NCBI GenBank assembly: GCA_965226375.1
Contig: CBDDCX010000006.1
Coordinates: 320,001 to 384,000, forward strand
DNA from: Longimicrobiales bacterium
Lineage (GTDB): Bacteria; Gemmatimonadota; Gemmatimonadetes; Longimicrobiales; Gaopeijiaceae
DNA: 64,000 nucleotides
Direction: 5' to 3'
Below, in pieces: positions 30,651 to 41,071 of the stretch. The notes beneath the pieces are model-generated. The model did not search any database. It worked only from the letters and a program-made list of their open reading frames with translations, and was not told where the DNA came from. The position numbers and the translations under genes were made by a program. How positions within the stretch are numbered: the stretch's first letter is position 1; the number at the start of each line of letters is the position of its first letter.

Positions 30651-30929
30651 TTCCAGAACCCGACGGGCCTGCACGAAGGCGCCGACCCTGAGCCCCGCGC
30701 GGACTCCCTGTAACCGGGCCACACCACGGGGTGTTCCCCGACCCCCTTCCTGCTCTCCGTAGACCCCATTGCCCGCCCTAGTCCGCGGGCGCACCTTCGG
30801 AGCCGTAAAGTAGCGGGGTAACCCTGGCCCCCGAGACTGGACGTCGGTGAGTCCGCCGGGCTGATAATCGAGCCGGCGGCTCTAGGGCACGACCGACCGG
30901 CCGGACGGGGCTCGGATGGGAAGCGTTTC

Positions 30930-31703
30930 ATGAATCGCATCGAAGGCAAGACCGCCGTGGTCACCGGCGCGACATCCGGAATCGGCGAGTCGTGTGCGCG
31001 CCTCTTCGCCCAGCGCGGGGCGAACCTCATTCTCCTCGCCCGCCGGGAGGAGCGCCTCAACGCCCTTCGAGACGAGCTGTCCGCGACCGGCATCGACGTT
31101 GAAGTCCGGGTCCATGACGTGAGGGATCGATCCCTGGCCGAGGATTTGGCGGCGGATCTGCGAGAGCGCGGAGTCATCCCCGACATCCTCTTGAACAACG
31201 CCGGTCTCGGCCGGGGCCTCGGCACCGTATTCGAAGGCGACATCGAGGATTGGGAGGAGATGATCGACACCAACGTCAAGGGACTCCTCTACATGACCCG
31301 AGCCATCCTCCCTCTCATGGTGGAACAGGACCGGGGCCACGTCATCAACATCGGGAGCATCGCGGGGCGGTGGGTGTACCCGGCAGGCAACGTATACAAC
31401 GCTACGAAGTTCGCGGTGCATGCGCTGAACGAGGCCATGAACGTCGATCTCGTGGGAACGAGCGTCCGGGTGTCGAGCATCGACCCTGGGGCCGTCGAGA
31501 CCGAGTTCTCCCTCGTGAGATTCCATGGGGATGAAGCAAGGGCGGGGAAGATCTATGAAGGGTACACACCCCTCACTCCAGATGACGTCGCCGACGCCGT
31601 CTGTTACGTGGCCAATGCGCCGGCCCACGTCAACGTCCTTCAGCTGGTCATGATGTGCACCGCCCAGCGCTCCGCAACCGTGTTCCATAAGGAGACCTCG
31701 TGA
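30930..31703 (+). CDS. SDR oxidoreductase (YdfG-like, NADP-dependent)
   Basis: TGATSGIG, NNAGL, YNATK, PGAVETEFSLVRF. Confidence 0.92.
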   Translation: MNRIEGKTAVVTGATSGIGESCARLFAQRGANLILLARREERLNALRDELSATGIDVEVRVHDVRDRSLAEDLAADLRERGVIPDILLNNAGLGRGLGTVFEGDIEDWEEMIDTNVKGLLYMTRAILPLMVEQDRGHVINIGSIAGRWVYPAGNVYNATKFAVHALNEAMNVDLVGTSVRVSSIDPGAVETEFSLVRFHGDEARAGKIYEGYTPLTPDDVADAVCYVANAPAHVNVLQLVMMCTAQRSATVFHKETS

Positions 31704-31715
31704 GGATGGTGGCTC

Positions 31716-33218
31716 TTGAGCCCAAGTAGGTCGTCTCCCACCCTCATCGTCTTCTCTCTATGGCTTCTGGTCTTCGCGGCCAGCAGCCAGATCATGATCA
31801 TCTCGCCGATCCTCCCCCCAATCGGCGAAGAGCTCGGAATCGCCGAATCGGTCCTCGGTACGCTCGTCTCTGCGTACTCCCTCATGGTCGGCATCTTCGC
31901 CATCATCTCAGGGCCGATATCGGACAAGATCGGGCGCCGCCGCATCCTGCTCCTCGGATCGGGCTTTATGACCTTGGCCCTGCTGCTGCACCACTTTGTC
32001 GTGGGGTACTACTCGTTCCTGGCGGTTCGCGTCGCGGCCGGGCTCGCGGGCGGCATCTTGAGTGGGTCTGCGGTGGCCTACGTGGGGGACTACTTCCCGT
32101 ACAACAGGCGCGGCTGGGCTACCGGATGGGTGATGAGCGGCATGGCCGCGGGCCAGATCGCCGGCATCCCACTCGGAATCGTGCTGGCCGGTGCATTCGG
32201 CTTTCGGGCTCCCTTCTATCTGTTCGCCGCGGCGATGGGAATGACCTGCGTCTTGATCTGGCTCCGGGTACCACAGCCTGACGTGAAGCGCACCGAGGGT
32301 CGGCTCAGCGTGGGGCGAGCCATCCGCGACTACAAGGCGTTGCTCAAGCGGAAGGAGATCGCCTCTGCGGCGGCGGCCTACTTCCTGATGTTCATGGGCA
32401 TCTCGCTGTTCGTTGTCTACCTACCCTACTGGCTCGAGCAGGACCTTGGGGCGACTCCCAGCGCCATCGCCATCATGTTCGTGGTGGGCGGAATCGCCAA
32501 CGTGCTGACGGGACCGCAGGCCGGAAAGCTCTCCGACAGGATCGGCCGCAAACGCATCGTCATTATTTCCAGCTTGGGACTCGCGGTAGTGATGACGCTT
32601 ACGACCATGGTCATCCGAGACCTTTGGACCGCTTATCTCCTTTTCTTCATCACCATGGTCCTCGTGGCGATGCGTCTCAGCCCGTTTTCGGCTCTTCTGA
32701 CGGCCCTGGTGAGCGACGAGCGAAGAGGCTCGCTCATGAGCCTTGCAGTAGCCATCGGGCAAGTGGGTTTCGCGATGGGTGCGGCGGTCGCCGGTCCACT
32801 GTACACGCGCTTTGGATACATGAGCGACACAGTACTCGGAGCCATAGCGGTCGTGGCCATGGCCGCCGTGGTGGCATACCTGGTGCCGGAACCCGAGATG
32901 GAACCGGAGACAGCCGTGCGTTTCGCCGCTCCAGCTTGCGTACCTTCTCATCCAGCGGATTTCGCTCCGGCCGGCCGTCGTCAGGTCACCGACAGTCCGC
33001 AGGAGCTGCCGCGCTTCGCTTGGCCTCCCCCGACTGAGGTAGGCCGGGGCGACCCTCACTACGTAGCCGGAGAAGTCGCTCCTACCGTACCGCCGAGCCT
33101 GAGCGACACAGTACTCGGAGCCATAGCGGTCGTGGCCATGGCCGCCGTGGTGGCATACCTGGTGCCGGAACCCGAGATGGAACCGGAGACACCGGCCGTC
33201 GTCACCGCAGCCGACTGA
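31716..33218 (+). CDS. MFS transporter; C-terminus inflated by a duplication/chimera
   Basis: GPISDKIGRR and GKLSDRIGRK motif A; 12 TMs; last helix occurs twice. Confidence 0.88.
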   Translation: MSPSRSSPTLIVFSLWLLVFAASSQIMIISPILPPIGEELGIAESVLGTLVSAYSLMVGIFAIISGPISDKIGRRRILLLGSGFMTLALLLHHFVVGYYSFLAVRVAAGLAGGILSGSAVAYVGDYFPYNRRGWATGWVMSGMAAGQIAGIPLGIVLAGAFGFRAPFYLFAAAMGMTCVLIWLRVPQPDVKRTEGRLSVGRAIRDYKALLKRKEIASAAAAYFLMFMGISLFVVYLPYWLEQDLGATPSAIAIMFVVGGIANVLTGPQAGKLSDRIGRKRIVIISSLGLAVVMTLTTMVIRDLWTAYLLFFITMVLVAMRLSPFSALLTALVSDERRGSLMSLAVAIGQVGFAMGAAVAGPLYTRFGYMSDTVLGAIAVVAMAAVVAYLVPEPEMEPETAVRFAAPACVPSHPADFAPAGRRQVTDSPQELPRFAWPPPTEVGRGDPHYVAGEVAPTVPPSLSDTVLGAIAVVAMAAVVAYLVPEPEMEPETPAVVTAAD

Positions 33219-33281
33219 GGTAGGCCGGGGCGACCCTCACTACGTAGCCGGAGAAGTCGCTCCTACCGTACCGCCGAGCCT
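32821..33281. repeat. ~180-bp tandem duplication, first copy interleaved with IS3 orfA fragments
   Basis: 32821-32912 repeats at 33100-33191; 33031-33100 repeats at about 33212-33281; 32913-32971 matches IS3 27041-27099 and about 32995-33029 matches about 27306-27339. Confidence 0.85.
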
Positions 33282-34087
33282 CGCTGACGCACCGTCACCC
33301 CACCGTTCGTCGTCTTGACCCGAACCAGCGGGCCGCCGTCACCCAGCGTAGTGCGAATGTTGCTGCGCAGGCGACCACTCACCGTGATCGGGAAGCCCAG
33401 ATCGATACCGCCGTTGACCGTGCCCGTCTCGAATTCCGCGGAGTATCCCTGGGGCACGTCGATGGTCACGCCACCGTTCTGCGTCTCCACGTCCAGCCCG
33501 GTGCCGTCCCAACGGTCTCCTTCCAACTCCACCTTGAGGCCGCCGTTCTGGGTCCGCCCCCGCACGTCGCCACCCACTCCCTCAAGGTGTACACCCCCGT
33601 TCTGGGTACGAAACGTGATTTCACCCCGGACGTCGGAGATGGAAATGCCACCGTTGTTCGCCTCCAGGTCGAGGTCAGAGTCGTAAGGCGTGTAGATCTC
33701 GAAGCTCACGCTCCAGCTCTCACGTCGGCCCGATCGCGGTCCCTCGGCCCGAATTCGACCTCCGGTGTAGATCACCTCCACCGCATCCGCCAACGCTTCG
33801 GCATCACCGTCACTGCGTGCCTTAGCCCACACACGAGCGCGCACCAACACCTCGGTCTCGTTCCAACCGATGACCTCCACACCACCATTCTGGCCGCCGT
33901 CGACGCGCAGAACGTCATCCGCAGAAAGAGTCATCTCCCGTACTTCGCAGAAACGATCGTCGTCCCCGCCGCGCGAATCCCGCTCACACCACGACTGGGA
34001 AGCACCCGCCTGGGGCATCCACGCCATCGCCGTCGCCGCCACACCGACGCCCAATCCCGTACGCCCCGTCCATCTCGCCATCGTCAT
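33263..34087 (-). CDS. DUF4097-like beta-strand repeat protein, secreted
   Basis: Repeated T(Q/V/T)NGG(V/I) motifs; signal peptide; GAGGAGG RBS. Confidence 0.85.
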   Translation of the reverse strand: MTMARWTGRTGLGVGVAATAMAWMPQAGASQSWCERDSRGGDDDRFCEVREMTLSADDVLRVDGGQNGGVEVIGWNETEVLVRARVWAKARSDGDAEALADAVEVIYTGGRIRAEGPRSGRRESWSVSFEIYTPYDSDLDLEANNGGISISDVRGEITFRTQNGGVHLEGVGGDVRGRTQNGGLKVELEGDRWDGTGLDVETQNGGVTIDVPQGYSAEFETGTVNGGIDLGFPITVSGRLRSNIRTTLGDGGPLVRVKTTNGGVTVRQRGSAVR

Positions 34088-34275
34088 CACAGTCCTCCTC
34101 GAGTACATGGGCGCACGGTGGCACCCCACAAAGGTTGAGACAGGGTCATCGACCGAGAGGTTGCATTGGTACGTGCTCCGGAGTCCGAGATGCGGTAAAA
34201 TAGTTTGAGAGGTCTCCAGGCGCGCCACCGGAGACCGGACATAGCGACACATTCTCCATAGGAGCGGGTCCCCTG

Positions 34276-35337
34276 GTGAGCACACCTGCTAACAACGAAG
34301 CCGCGATCCTCCTCGTCGAGGACGCCGTCGACCAGATCCTCCTCATGAGGACACTCATCGAGCAGGCCGGTCCCTACCAGGTGACCTCTGCTCAGGACGG
34401 TCACAAGGGGCTAGAGCTGATACTCGGGGGTGGCTGGGACCTCGCCCTGGTCGACTTGAATCTGCCGGGCCTCGACGGAATCGATCTGATCCAAAAGGCA
34501 AGGGAGCAATACCCCGATCTTCCGATCATCGCCGTGACCGGATCAACCAGTAGCCTGATGATCGACGGGGCCGTCCGCGCGGGGGCCGATTACGTGCTGA
34601 ACAAGCCCGTCGATAAGGATGAGCTACTCAGAAAGGTCCGCGAGTTCGTGAAAGTCGAGGGCGGAGGCCAGGCCGCATCGGGGGCACCCTCCGGAGCGGG
34701 AGCTTCCGAGCCCGTGGAAGCGGAGGCAGCCGTCCCCGAGCATGTCCCGACCGTGGTAGCTGTCGGAGCCCGGCCGGGCGACGTCGAGATGGGCTGTGGG
34801 GGCGTCCTCTTCAAGCATCGGGCCGAGGGTCATCACGTTGTAATCGTGAACCTGGGCGGTGGCGGCGACTCGCACTCCGACCTGGCAGCCGCCGCTGTGC
34901 GGGCCGCTGCGATCCTTGGTGCTCAGCTGATGAGCGTCGGGGACGAAGACGAGGACACGCTCGACCTGGAGGCGGCCAAGACCCTGCTCGAGTCCGTGAT
35001 GGCCGAGACCAGTCCCGGCATGATCTATCTGCCCACCGCCTCCACCCAAACGAGCGCCTCCGTCGAAAGCCATCGCATCGCGCTGGCCTCCGCTGAAGCG
35101 GTGCCCAACGTGCTCGCGTACGAGGGTCCCAGCGCGACACCCGACTTCCATCCCCAGTTTTTCGTCGACGTGGGATCTTTCGTTGTCCAGAAGGGGGAGA
35201 TGCTCGCGTGTTACAGGGAGCTTGGGCTCACCAATGTGAGCCCCGAACTGGCGGCCGCGACCGCCCGCTACTGGGGACGGTTCAAGGATCCGGAACACGT
35301 AGAGCCACTCGAAGTGATCCGGCGCGGCGGCGCGTAG
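34276..35337 (+). CDS. Response regulator receiver fused to a degenerate PIG-L/LmbE-like domain
   Basis: LLVED, VDLNLPGLDG, VTG, NKP; second domain VGARPGDVEMGCGG...YEGPSATPDFHPQFFVDV. Confidence 0.8.
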   Translation: MSTPANNEAAILLVEDAVDQILLMRTLIEQAGPYQVTSAQDGHKGLELILGGGWDLALVDLNLPGLDGIDLIQKAREQYPDLPIIAVTGSTSSLMIDGAVRAGADYVLNKPVDKDELLRKVREFVKVEGGGQAASGAPSGAGASEPVEAEAAVPEHVPTVVAVGARPGDVEMGCGGVLFKHRAEGHHVVIVNLGGGGDSHSDLAAAAVRAAAILGAQLMSVGDEDEDTLDLEAAKTLLESVMAETSPGMIYLPTASTQTSASVESHRIALASAEAVPNVLAYEGPSATPDFHPQFFVDVGSFVVQKGEMLACYRELGLTNVSPELAAATARYWGRFKDPEHVEPLEVIRRGGA

Positions 35338-35445
35338 TCCTGCCCGCCGAAATCTAGCCGCCGCCGGGCTGGAACGATTAGAATACGCTAGTTTGTCACG
35401 CCGCCTCGATGGGCGGCACCTTTTCCCAAGTGCCGGAGGCGACCC

Positions 35446-36432
35446 TTGGCCCAATCGCCGAGGCTGGATTTTGAACGTGACATCGTCGAAGTGCAAGAGC
35501 AGATTGACGGGTTGGTGGCGTCAGCCGAGCGAAGCGGCTTCGACGTGTCCACCGAACTAAGGGAGCTCCGGACCAAGTTGGACACCCTCAAAGAGTCCAC
35601 GTACCAGAACCTGACCCCCATGGAGCAGGTCCAGGTGGCCCGACACCAGGACCGGCCCTACACGCTCGACTACGTCGAACGCATCTTCACCAACTGGGTA
35701 GAGTTACATGGGGACCGAAACTACCGGGACGATGAGGCGATCGTGGGTGGCTGGGCTAGCCTCGACGGAACTTCGATCATGGTCATCGGTCACCAGAAGG
35801 GCCGAGACATGAAGGAGAATCTCCGTCGGAACTTCGGCATGGCTCATCCTGAGGGATACCGGAAGGCCCTGCGGTTGATGCGCCAGGCGGAGAAGTTCGG
35901 TAGGCCGGGGGTGACCTTCATCGACACGCCCGGAGCCTACCCCGGGCTGGGCTCCGAGGAGAGGGGGATTTCCGAGGCCATCGCCCTCAACCTGCGTGAG
36001 ATGGCTCGGTTGCGCGTCCCCCTCGTCTCGATCGTCATCGGTGAGGGTGGCTCCGGCGGGGCCCTGGGCTTGGGAGTGACGGACCGTATTCTCATGTTGG
36101 AGCATTCCGTCTATTCCGTGATCTCGCCCGAAGGCTGTGCGGCCATTCTCTGGCGTTCGAGAGACTTCAAAGCCGATGCGGCCACCGCCCTCAAGCTCAC
36201 CTCGAAGGATCTGGTCGAGCTCGGGATAGCAGACGAGATCGTCCCCGAGCCTCCGGGTGGAGCCCAGTCCGATTGGGAAGCCACCGCCATGGCCGTGAAG
36301 GAGGCCATCGGTCGCAACCTCGACGATCTGGCCAAGATCGACGTCAAAAACCTCCTGGAGCAGCGCTGGCAGAAGTACGAGACCATGGGCGAGTGGATCG
36401 AGCCCAGCTCCGAGTCGGCGGGCGGGGCATAG
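35446..36432 (+). CDS. accA: Acetyl-CoA carboxylase carboxyltransferase alpha
   Basis: ELHGDR, NFGMAHPEGYRKALR, IDTPGAYPG, GEGGSGGAL, YSVISPEGCA. Confidence 0.97.
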   Translation: MAQSPRLDFERDIVEVQEQIDGLVASAERSGFDVSTELRELRTKLDTLKESTYQNLTPMEQVQVARHQDRPYTLDYVERIFTNWVELHGDRNYRDDEAIVGGWASLDGTSIMVIGHQKGRDMKENLRRNFGMAHPEGYRKALRLMRQAEKFGRPGVTFIDTPGAYPGLGSEERGISEAIALNLREMARLRVPLVSIVIGEGGSGGALGLGVTDRILMLEHSVYSVISPEGCAAILWRSRDFKADAATALKLTSKDLVELGIADEIVPEPPGGAQSDWEATAMAVKEAIGRNLDDLAKIDVKNLLEQRWQKYETMGEWIEPSSESAGGA

Positions 36433-36438
36433 CGATCC

Positions 36439-37272
36439 ATGGCTAGCTTCGCCGAGGTTCGCTTCAAGGGCACGCGCCGGGACTACTTCTCGTACCAAGA
36501 CCTCGAGCTCCGTCCCGGATCGAGGGTCATCGTCGAAGCCGACCGCGGCGAGGATCTCGGTGAGGTGACTGCGCTGGGCACGATCGCTGAGCGCAAGTGC
36601 AGCTCGTCGGGTGGCTGTGCCACTCCGCTCCCGGAGAAGCAGGTCCTCCGGTTCGCGAGAGACGGCGAAACCGAAAAGGTGGCGGACCTGAGGGATGACG
36701 AGCACCGCGTGCGCACCGAGACGCGCAAGTTCGTGCAACGACATCAGCTCAAGATGAAAGTCACCGAGGCCGAGTGGCAGTTCGACAAGAACAAGCTCAT
36801 CATCTATTTCACGGCGGAACGCCGGGTCGACTTCCGTGAGCTGGTACGCGATTTGGCTCGCACATTCAGAACCCGCATCGAGCTCAAGCAAATCGGCGTA
36901 CGCGATGAGGCGGCACTACTCGGGGGCGTGGGGCGGTGTGGCCGTGAGCTCTGTTGCTCAACCTGGCTGCCGGACCTCAAGCCTGTCAGTCTGCAGCTCG
37001 CGAAGGACCAGAACCTCTCGCTCAACCCCGCGCAGATCTCCGGGTGCTGCGGGCGCCTCATGTGTTGCCTCATGTACGAGCACAAGACCTATGTCGAGGC
37101 GCGACGCCGATTCCCGCGAGAAGGCAAGACCCTCAAGACCGAGCACGGTGAGGAGCGCGTTGTTGCCGTCGACATCTGGCGAGAAACGGTCACGCTTCGC
37201 TCAGAACAAGGCGACCGCCGCACCGTGCCCCTGGCGGACCTCAAGAGCGAAGTAACGCACAAGCCCAATTGA
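36439..37272 (+). CDS. PSP1/RicT (YaaT)-family Fe-S protein
   Basis: YFTAERRVDFRELV, CGRELCC, ISGCCGRLMCCL. Confidence 0.9.
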   Translation: MASFAEVRFKGTRRDYFSYQDLELRPGSRVIVEADRGEDLGEVTALGTIAERKCSSSGGCATPLPEKQVLRFARDGETEKVADLRDDEHRVRTETRKFVQRHQLKMKVTEAEWQFDKNKLIIYFTAERRVDFRELVRDLARTFRTRIELKQIGVRDEAALLGGVGRCGRELCCSTWLPDLKPVSLQLAKDQNLSLNPAQISGCCGRLMCCLMYEHKTYVEARRRFPREGKTLKTEHGEERVVAVDIWRETVTLRSEQGDRRTVPLADLKSEVTHKPN

Positions 37273-37311
37273 ATCACCCTCCATATCGTTGACCCCGACC
37301 TCGGTACATCC

Positions 37312-38850
37312 TTGAACCGGCGCTACCTCACCACACCGATCTACTATGCCTCCGGCGAGCCCCACCTGGGCCACGCCTACACGACGGTGCTCACCGACTT
37401 CCTGGCCCGTTACTACCGGCAGACGGGGGCAGACGTGCTCTTTGTGACGGGCACGGACGAACACGGCCAGAAGATGCAAGAGGCCGCAGCCGAGCAGGGC
37501 TTGACCCCCCTCGAGTTGGCCGACCAGATGGTGGAGCGGTTCGAGGCGGCCTGGAAAGATCTGAACATCTCCCACGATCGCTTCATCCGTACCACCGAAG
37601 CTGAGCACGTGGGTGTGGTCACGACCATTCTGGAACGCCTTTGGGAGAAGGGGCAGATCTACGAGGATGTCTACAGCGGCTGGTACTGCGTGCAGGACGA
37701 GCGCTACTGGACAGAAAAGGACGTGGGCCCCGACCGTCTCTGCCCCGACTGCGAGCGGCCAGTGGACCACGTGGAAGAGAAAAACTACTTCTTCCGCATG
37801 GGCGACTATCAGCAACGGCTCATCCAACACATCGAGGACCACCCGCGGTGGATCGTTCCCGAGACCCGGAGGAACGAGGTTCTGGGCTTTCTGGCCCAGC
37901 CGCTCCAGGATCTCTCGATCTCCCGGCCCAAGTCACGCCTCCAATGGGGCATCACCCTGCCCTTCGACGATGAGCACGTCTGTTACGTGTGGGTCGACGC
38001 TCTCATCAACTACGTAACCGCATCGGGTGTTCTCGACCCCGAGGGCGGAGCGGACCAGCCGGGATTCACCGATCCGGGTGACTCCTGGTGGCCTGCCGAC
38101 ATGCACTTGATGGGTAAGGACATCCTCACGACCCACGCCGTGTATTGGCCAACGCTTCTGATGGCCGCGGACCTCGACCTCCCAAGCCAAATTCTCGCCC
38201 ACGGCTGGTGGGTCGCGGGGGAGACCAAGATGTCCAAGTCACTGGGCAACGTGGTCGATCCGCTGGCACTGCGAGAGGACTTCGGGACCGATGGGGTCCG
38301 CTGGTACCTGATGAGGGACATGCCGACGGGTGCCGACGCGTCATATACACCCGAGAGGTTCCTGGCGCGGTACGAGGAGTTGGCCAACGTCCTTGGCAAT
38401 CTGGCGAGCCGCGCCACGTCCATGATCGTCAAGTACCGCGACGGGGTCGTTCCGGACGCGGCGGGATCCGGATTGGACGAGGAGATTCGGGCGACGCTCG
38501 ACGCGGTGACCAACCACATGGACGATCTCCGCATCCATGACGCACTGGCATCGGCCATGGATCTGGCACGGACCGCGAACGGATACGTGGACGGCCGCGA
38601 ACCGTGGGCCCAGGCGAAGGACCCCGATCGATCCGACGAACTCGATGAGACACTGGCGACCCTCGCTCGTGCGCTCACGGTGCTCACAGCACTGTTCTTG
38701 CCGGTGACCCCGGAAAAAATGACCGACCTGGCAAGAATGTTGGGTCTGGAAGGGGTGCCCCCGATCGAGGAGGCAGTGTCAATAAACCTTACAGGACGTG
38801 CGGTTACCAAGGGAGCGCCCCTATTTCCGAAACCCGATCTGGACGCTTGA
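37312..38850 (+). CDS. metG: Methionine--tRNA ligase (short form)
   Basis: TTPIYY, HLGH, GTDEHGQK, YVWVDAL, KMSKS. Confidence 0.96.
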   Translation: MNRRYLTTPIYYASGEPHLGHAYTTVLTDFLARYYRQTGADVLFVTGTDEHGQKMQEAAAEQGLTPLELADQMVERFEAAWKDLNISHDRFIRTTEAEHVGVVTTILERLWEKGQIYEDVYSGWYCVQDERYWTEKDVGPDRLCPDCERPVDHVEEKNYFFRMGDYQQRLIQHIEDHPRWIVPETRRNEVLGFLAQPLQDLSISRPKSRLQWGITLPFDDEHVCYVWVDALINYVTASGVLDPEGGADQPGFTDPGDSWWPADMHLMGKDILTTHAVYWPTLLMAADLDLPSQILAHGWWVAGETKMSKSLGNVVDPLALREDFGTDGVRWYLMRDMPTGADASYTPERFLARYEELANVLGNLASRATSMIVKYRDGVVPDAAGSGLDEEIRATLDAVTNHMDDLRIHDALASAMDLARTANGYVDGREPWAQAKDPDRSDELDETLATLARALTVLTALFLPVTPEKMTDLARMLGLEGVPPIEEAVSINLTGRAVTKGAPLFPKPDLDA

Positions 38851-38973
38851 CACTCTCGACCAGCGCCCGGTATGTTTTTTGCTCCACCCTGGTGGATCAG
38901 GTACGATCCCCCCGACACTCCACCTCTCGTGGACAATTGGGAATTCTCTCGACAAAGGTGAGCACACGCACGT

Positions 38974-39903
38974 ATGGGTGACAAACGCTGGACTTTCCTG
39001 TGCATGTCTGACGAGGGAAGCCCGATTCGCCAGTACAGTGCGTCCTCCCGGGCCCTCCATTATCTCGGCTCCGTGTTAGGCGGTTTCACCGTCCTGGTGA
39101 CGGGATTGGCCACATTGGTGGCGGTCGACGGCTCCGCACGCTACGAAGCACACAAGCTCGAGCAGGAGAAGGTGCTCCTTACCCAGGAGCTCCAGACGAT
39201 TAGGACCAGGGTCGCTCAGATGGAGGGCTCCATCGACGGGCTCATCGATCAGGACGAGCGTTTCCGTCTTCTCGCGGGTCTCGGAGCGATCGACGAGGAA
39301 ATCTTCCAGGTAGGCGTCGGCGGGCCCGGCATGCTGACCCCCGAGTCGAGCCCCCTTTGGGACTCGGATCCCGGAACTGCGAAGGCGACCTTCGCCACAT
39401 CCTACGATCTGCTGGCTCTCGAGCGCCGCGCCAGGCTGCTGTCGGAGAGCCTGTCTGAGGCCACCGATAGCCTGACGGCACACCACGATCTCCTCGAGTC
39501 GACGCCTTCCATCGTCCCGACCGAGGGTCTCCTGAGCAGCGGATTCAGCTATTCCCGCCTGCATCCGATCTACCACAAGGAACTCCCGCATCCGGGCATC
39601 GACCTCCACGCCCCAGAGGGCACGCCCATCCTCGCGGCCGCCAAGGGAGTAGTTTCGTACGCCGGCTGGAAAGTTGGGTACGGGTACACGATCGAGGTCA
39701 GCCACGGGTTCGGCTTCATGACTCGGTACGCCCACGCGTCGGAGATCCTGGTCCAGAAGGGACAGAAGATCCTGCGGGGTGATGTACTCGGTCAGGTCGG
39801 CCGGACCGGTACGGCCACGGCGGACCATCTGCACTACGAGGTCTGGGTGGGTGGCAAGGCTGAGAACCCGCTCGACTGGGTCCTAAGCGGCGTTATTCCC
39901 TAG
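38974..39903 (+). CDS. M23 family metallopeptidase
   Basis: TM plus coiled coil; HPGID, YAH, HLHYEV. Confidence 0.9.
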   Translation: MGDKRWTFLCMSDEGSPIRQYSASSRALHYLGSVLGGFTVLVTGLATLVAVDGSARYEAHKLEQEKVLLTQELQTIRTRVAQMEGSIDGLIDQDERFRLLAGLGAIDEEIFQVGVGGPGMLTPESSPLWDSDPGTAKATFATSYDLLALERRARLLSESLSEATDSLTAHHDLLESTPSIVPTEGLLSSGFSYSRLHPIYHKELPHPGIDLHAPEGTPILAAAKGVVSYAGWKVGYGYTIEVSHGFGFMTRYAHASEILVQKGQKILRGDVLGQVGRTGTATADHLHYEVWVGGKAENPLDWVLSGVIP

Positions 39904-40166
39904 AAATACGGAGCACCGCGCCAAGGCACTTCCGCACGCTCAGCCAGGGAGCCTGCGGGCACTCAGCCAAAGGCGCCTGCGGGCGCCTTCTCCGCTGATA
40001 CGCCGGTACTAGAACGGGCCGTGGCGGTCCTCCTTCCGCGACCTTCCATGTACGGATGCGGATCCCCCGGTGTAACCTCTTGTAGTAATCGGTTACGTTC
40101 CCTTGATAGGGTCCCCGACGAGTTGTACCTTGGGCCACTTTTTTGAAACGTGTAACGGAGTTGGAC

Positions 40167-40931
40167 ATGACTCGAAGCAAGCTTTTGGCGGGTGTGCTAG
40201 GCACCACACTTCTCGCCGCCTGCGGCCCTACTCAGGTGGTTGTGACCGCCGAGCTCAGTTCTGATGATCAGGTGGCGAGAGCCCTTGGCGATCTCGAAAT
40301 TCGCATGTTCCCGTATAATCGGGATGTCATCTTCGATTCGCTCACGGCAGTCGCGACGACCCCCGAGCCTTCCATTCCCGACTCCGTGCTCAATGCCCAA
40401 AGCGCAGTGGCCGCGGCGCAGCAGGAGTGGCGCGACACCGAGGCACGCTGGAACGTTCTGCGCGACACGCTGCAGACGCTCAGTGCATCGCTCGACGGAA
40501 TGAGTCGCGGCAGCGGCACCTACAGGCTCCTTTTCCGTGACTTCCAGGACCTCGAGTCCCAGTACAACAGTGTGGAGCGCGCCCGGGACCGGGCTTTCGG
40601 GAACTTCACGTCGCTCCAAGAGGCGTCTCTCGCGGCGGCCGAGGAGATCAAACTGCTCCGTGAGCAGTGGGGCGACGAGGCGTTCGCCGAGGTCGGTGCC
40701 ATCATGACCGCTCGTCTCCAGGCCAGCGGACGTGAAGTACTGTATGACACCACCGACGCCAGCGGCGTAGCGAACGGACTCATGGCCAGAGCAGGTGAGT
40801 GGTGGGTGTCGGCGCGCTACGAGCTCCCCTACACGGAGTTGTACTGGAACCTCCCCGTTTCCGTGGAGGGAGGCGACCCGCTTCCGGTACGGCTGACCCG
40901 GGAAAACGCGACGGCGCGCCCCAAGCTGTAG
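40167..40931 (+). CDS. Hypothetical lipoprotein
   Basis: Lipobox LAAC; coiled coil; GGAG RBS. Confidence 0.7.
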   Translation: MTRSKLLAGVLGTTLLAACGPTQVVVTAELSSDDQVARALGDLEIRMFPYNRDVIFDSLTAVATTPEPSIPDSVLNAQSAVAAAQQEWRDTEARWNVLRDTLQTLSASLDGMSRGSGTYRLLFRDFQDLESQYNSVERARDRAFGNFTSLQEASLAAAEEIKLLREQWGDEAFAEVGAIMTARLQASGREVLYDTTDASGVANGLMARAGEWWVSARYELPYTELYWNLPVSVEGGDPLPVRLTRENATARPKL

Positions 40932-40950
40932 ACGGTAGAATCCCTCGGAC

Positions 40951-40989
40951 CGAAGGCCCCGAAAATCGCTCGCGATCCCGGGGCCTTCG
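40951..40989. terminator. Strong intergenic hairpin
   Basis: CGAAGGCCCCG / CGGGGCCTTCG with inner ATCGC/GCGAT stem. Confidence 0.5.
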
Positions 40990-41071
40990 CGTATCCGGAG
41001 GAGTCGGTTTTGGATAGCTTGTGTGGGAGCCACACTCGAATCCTCCGGACGCAGTGGGGTGCTTCGCGCAC

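Noticed and set aside
39935..39990. Short duplicated motif CTCAGCCA...GCCTGCGGGC
   Set aside because: Two imperfect copies only; no supporting structure or context
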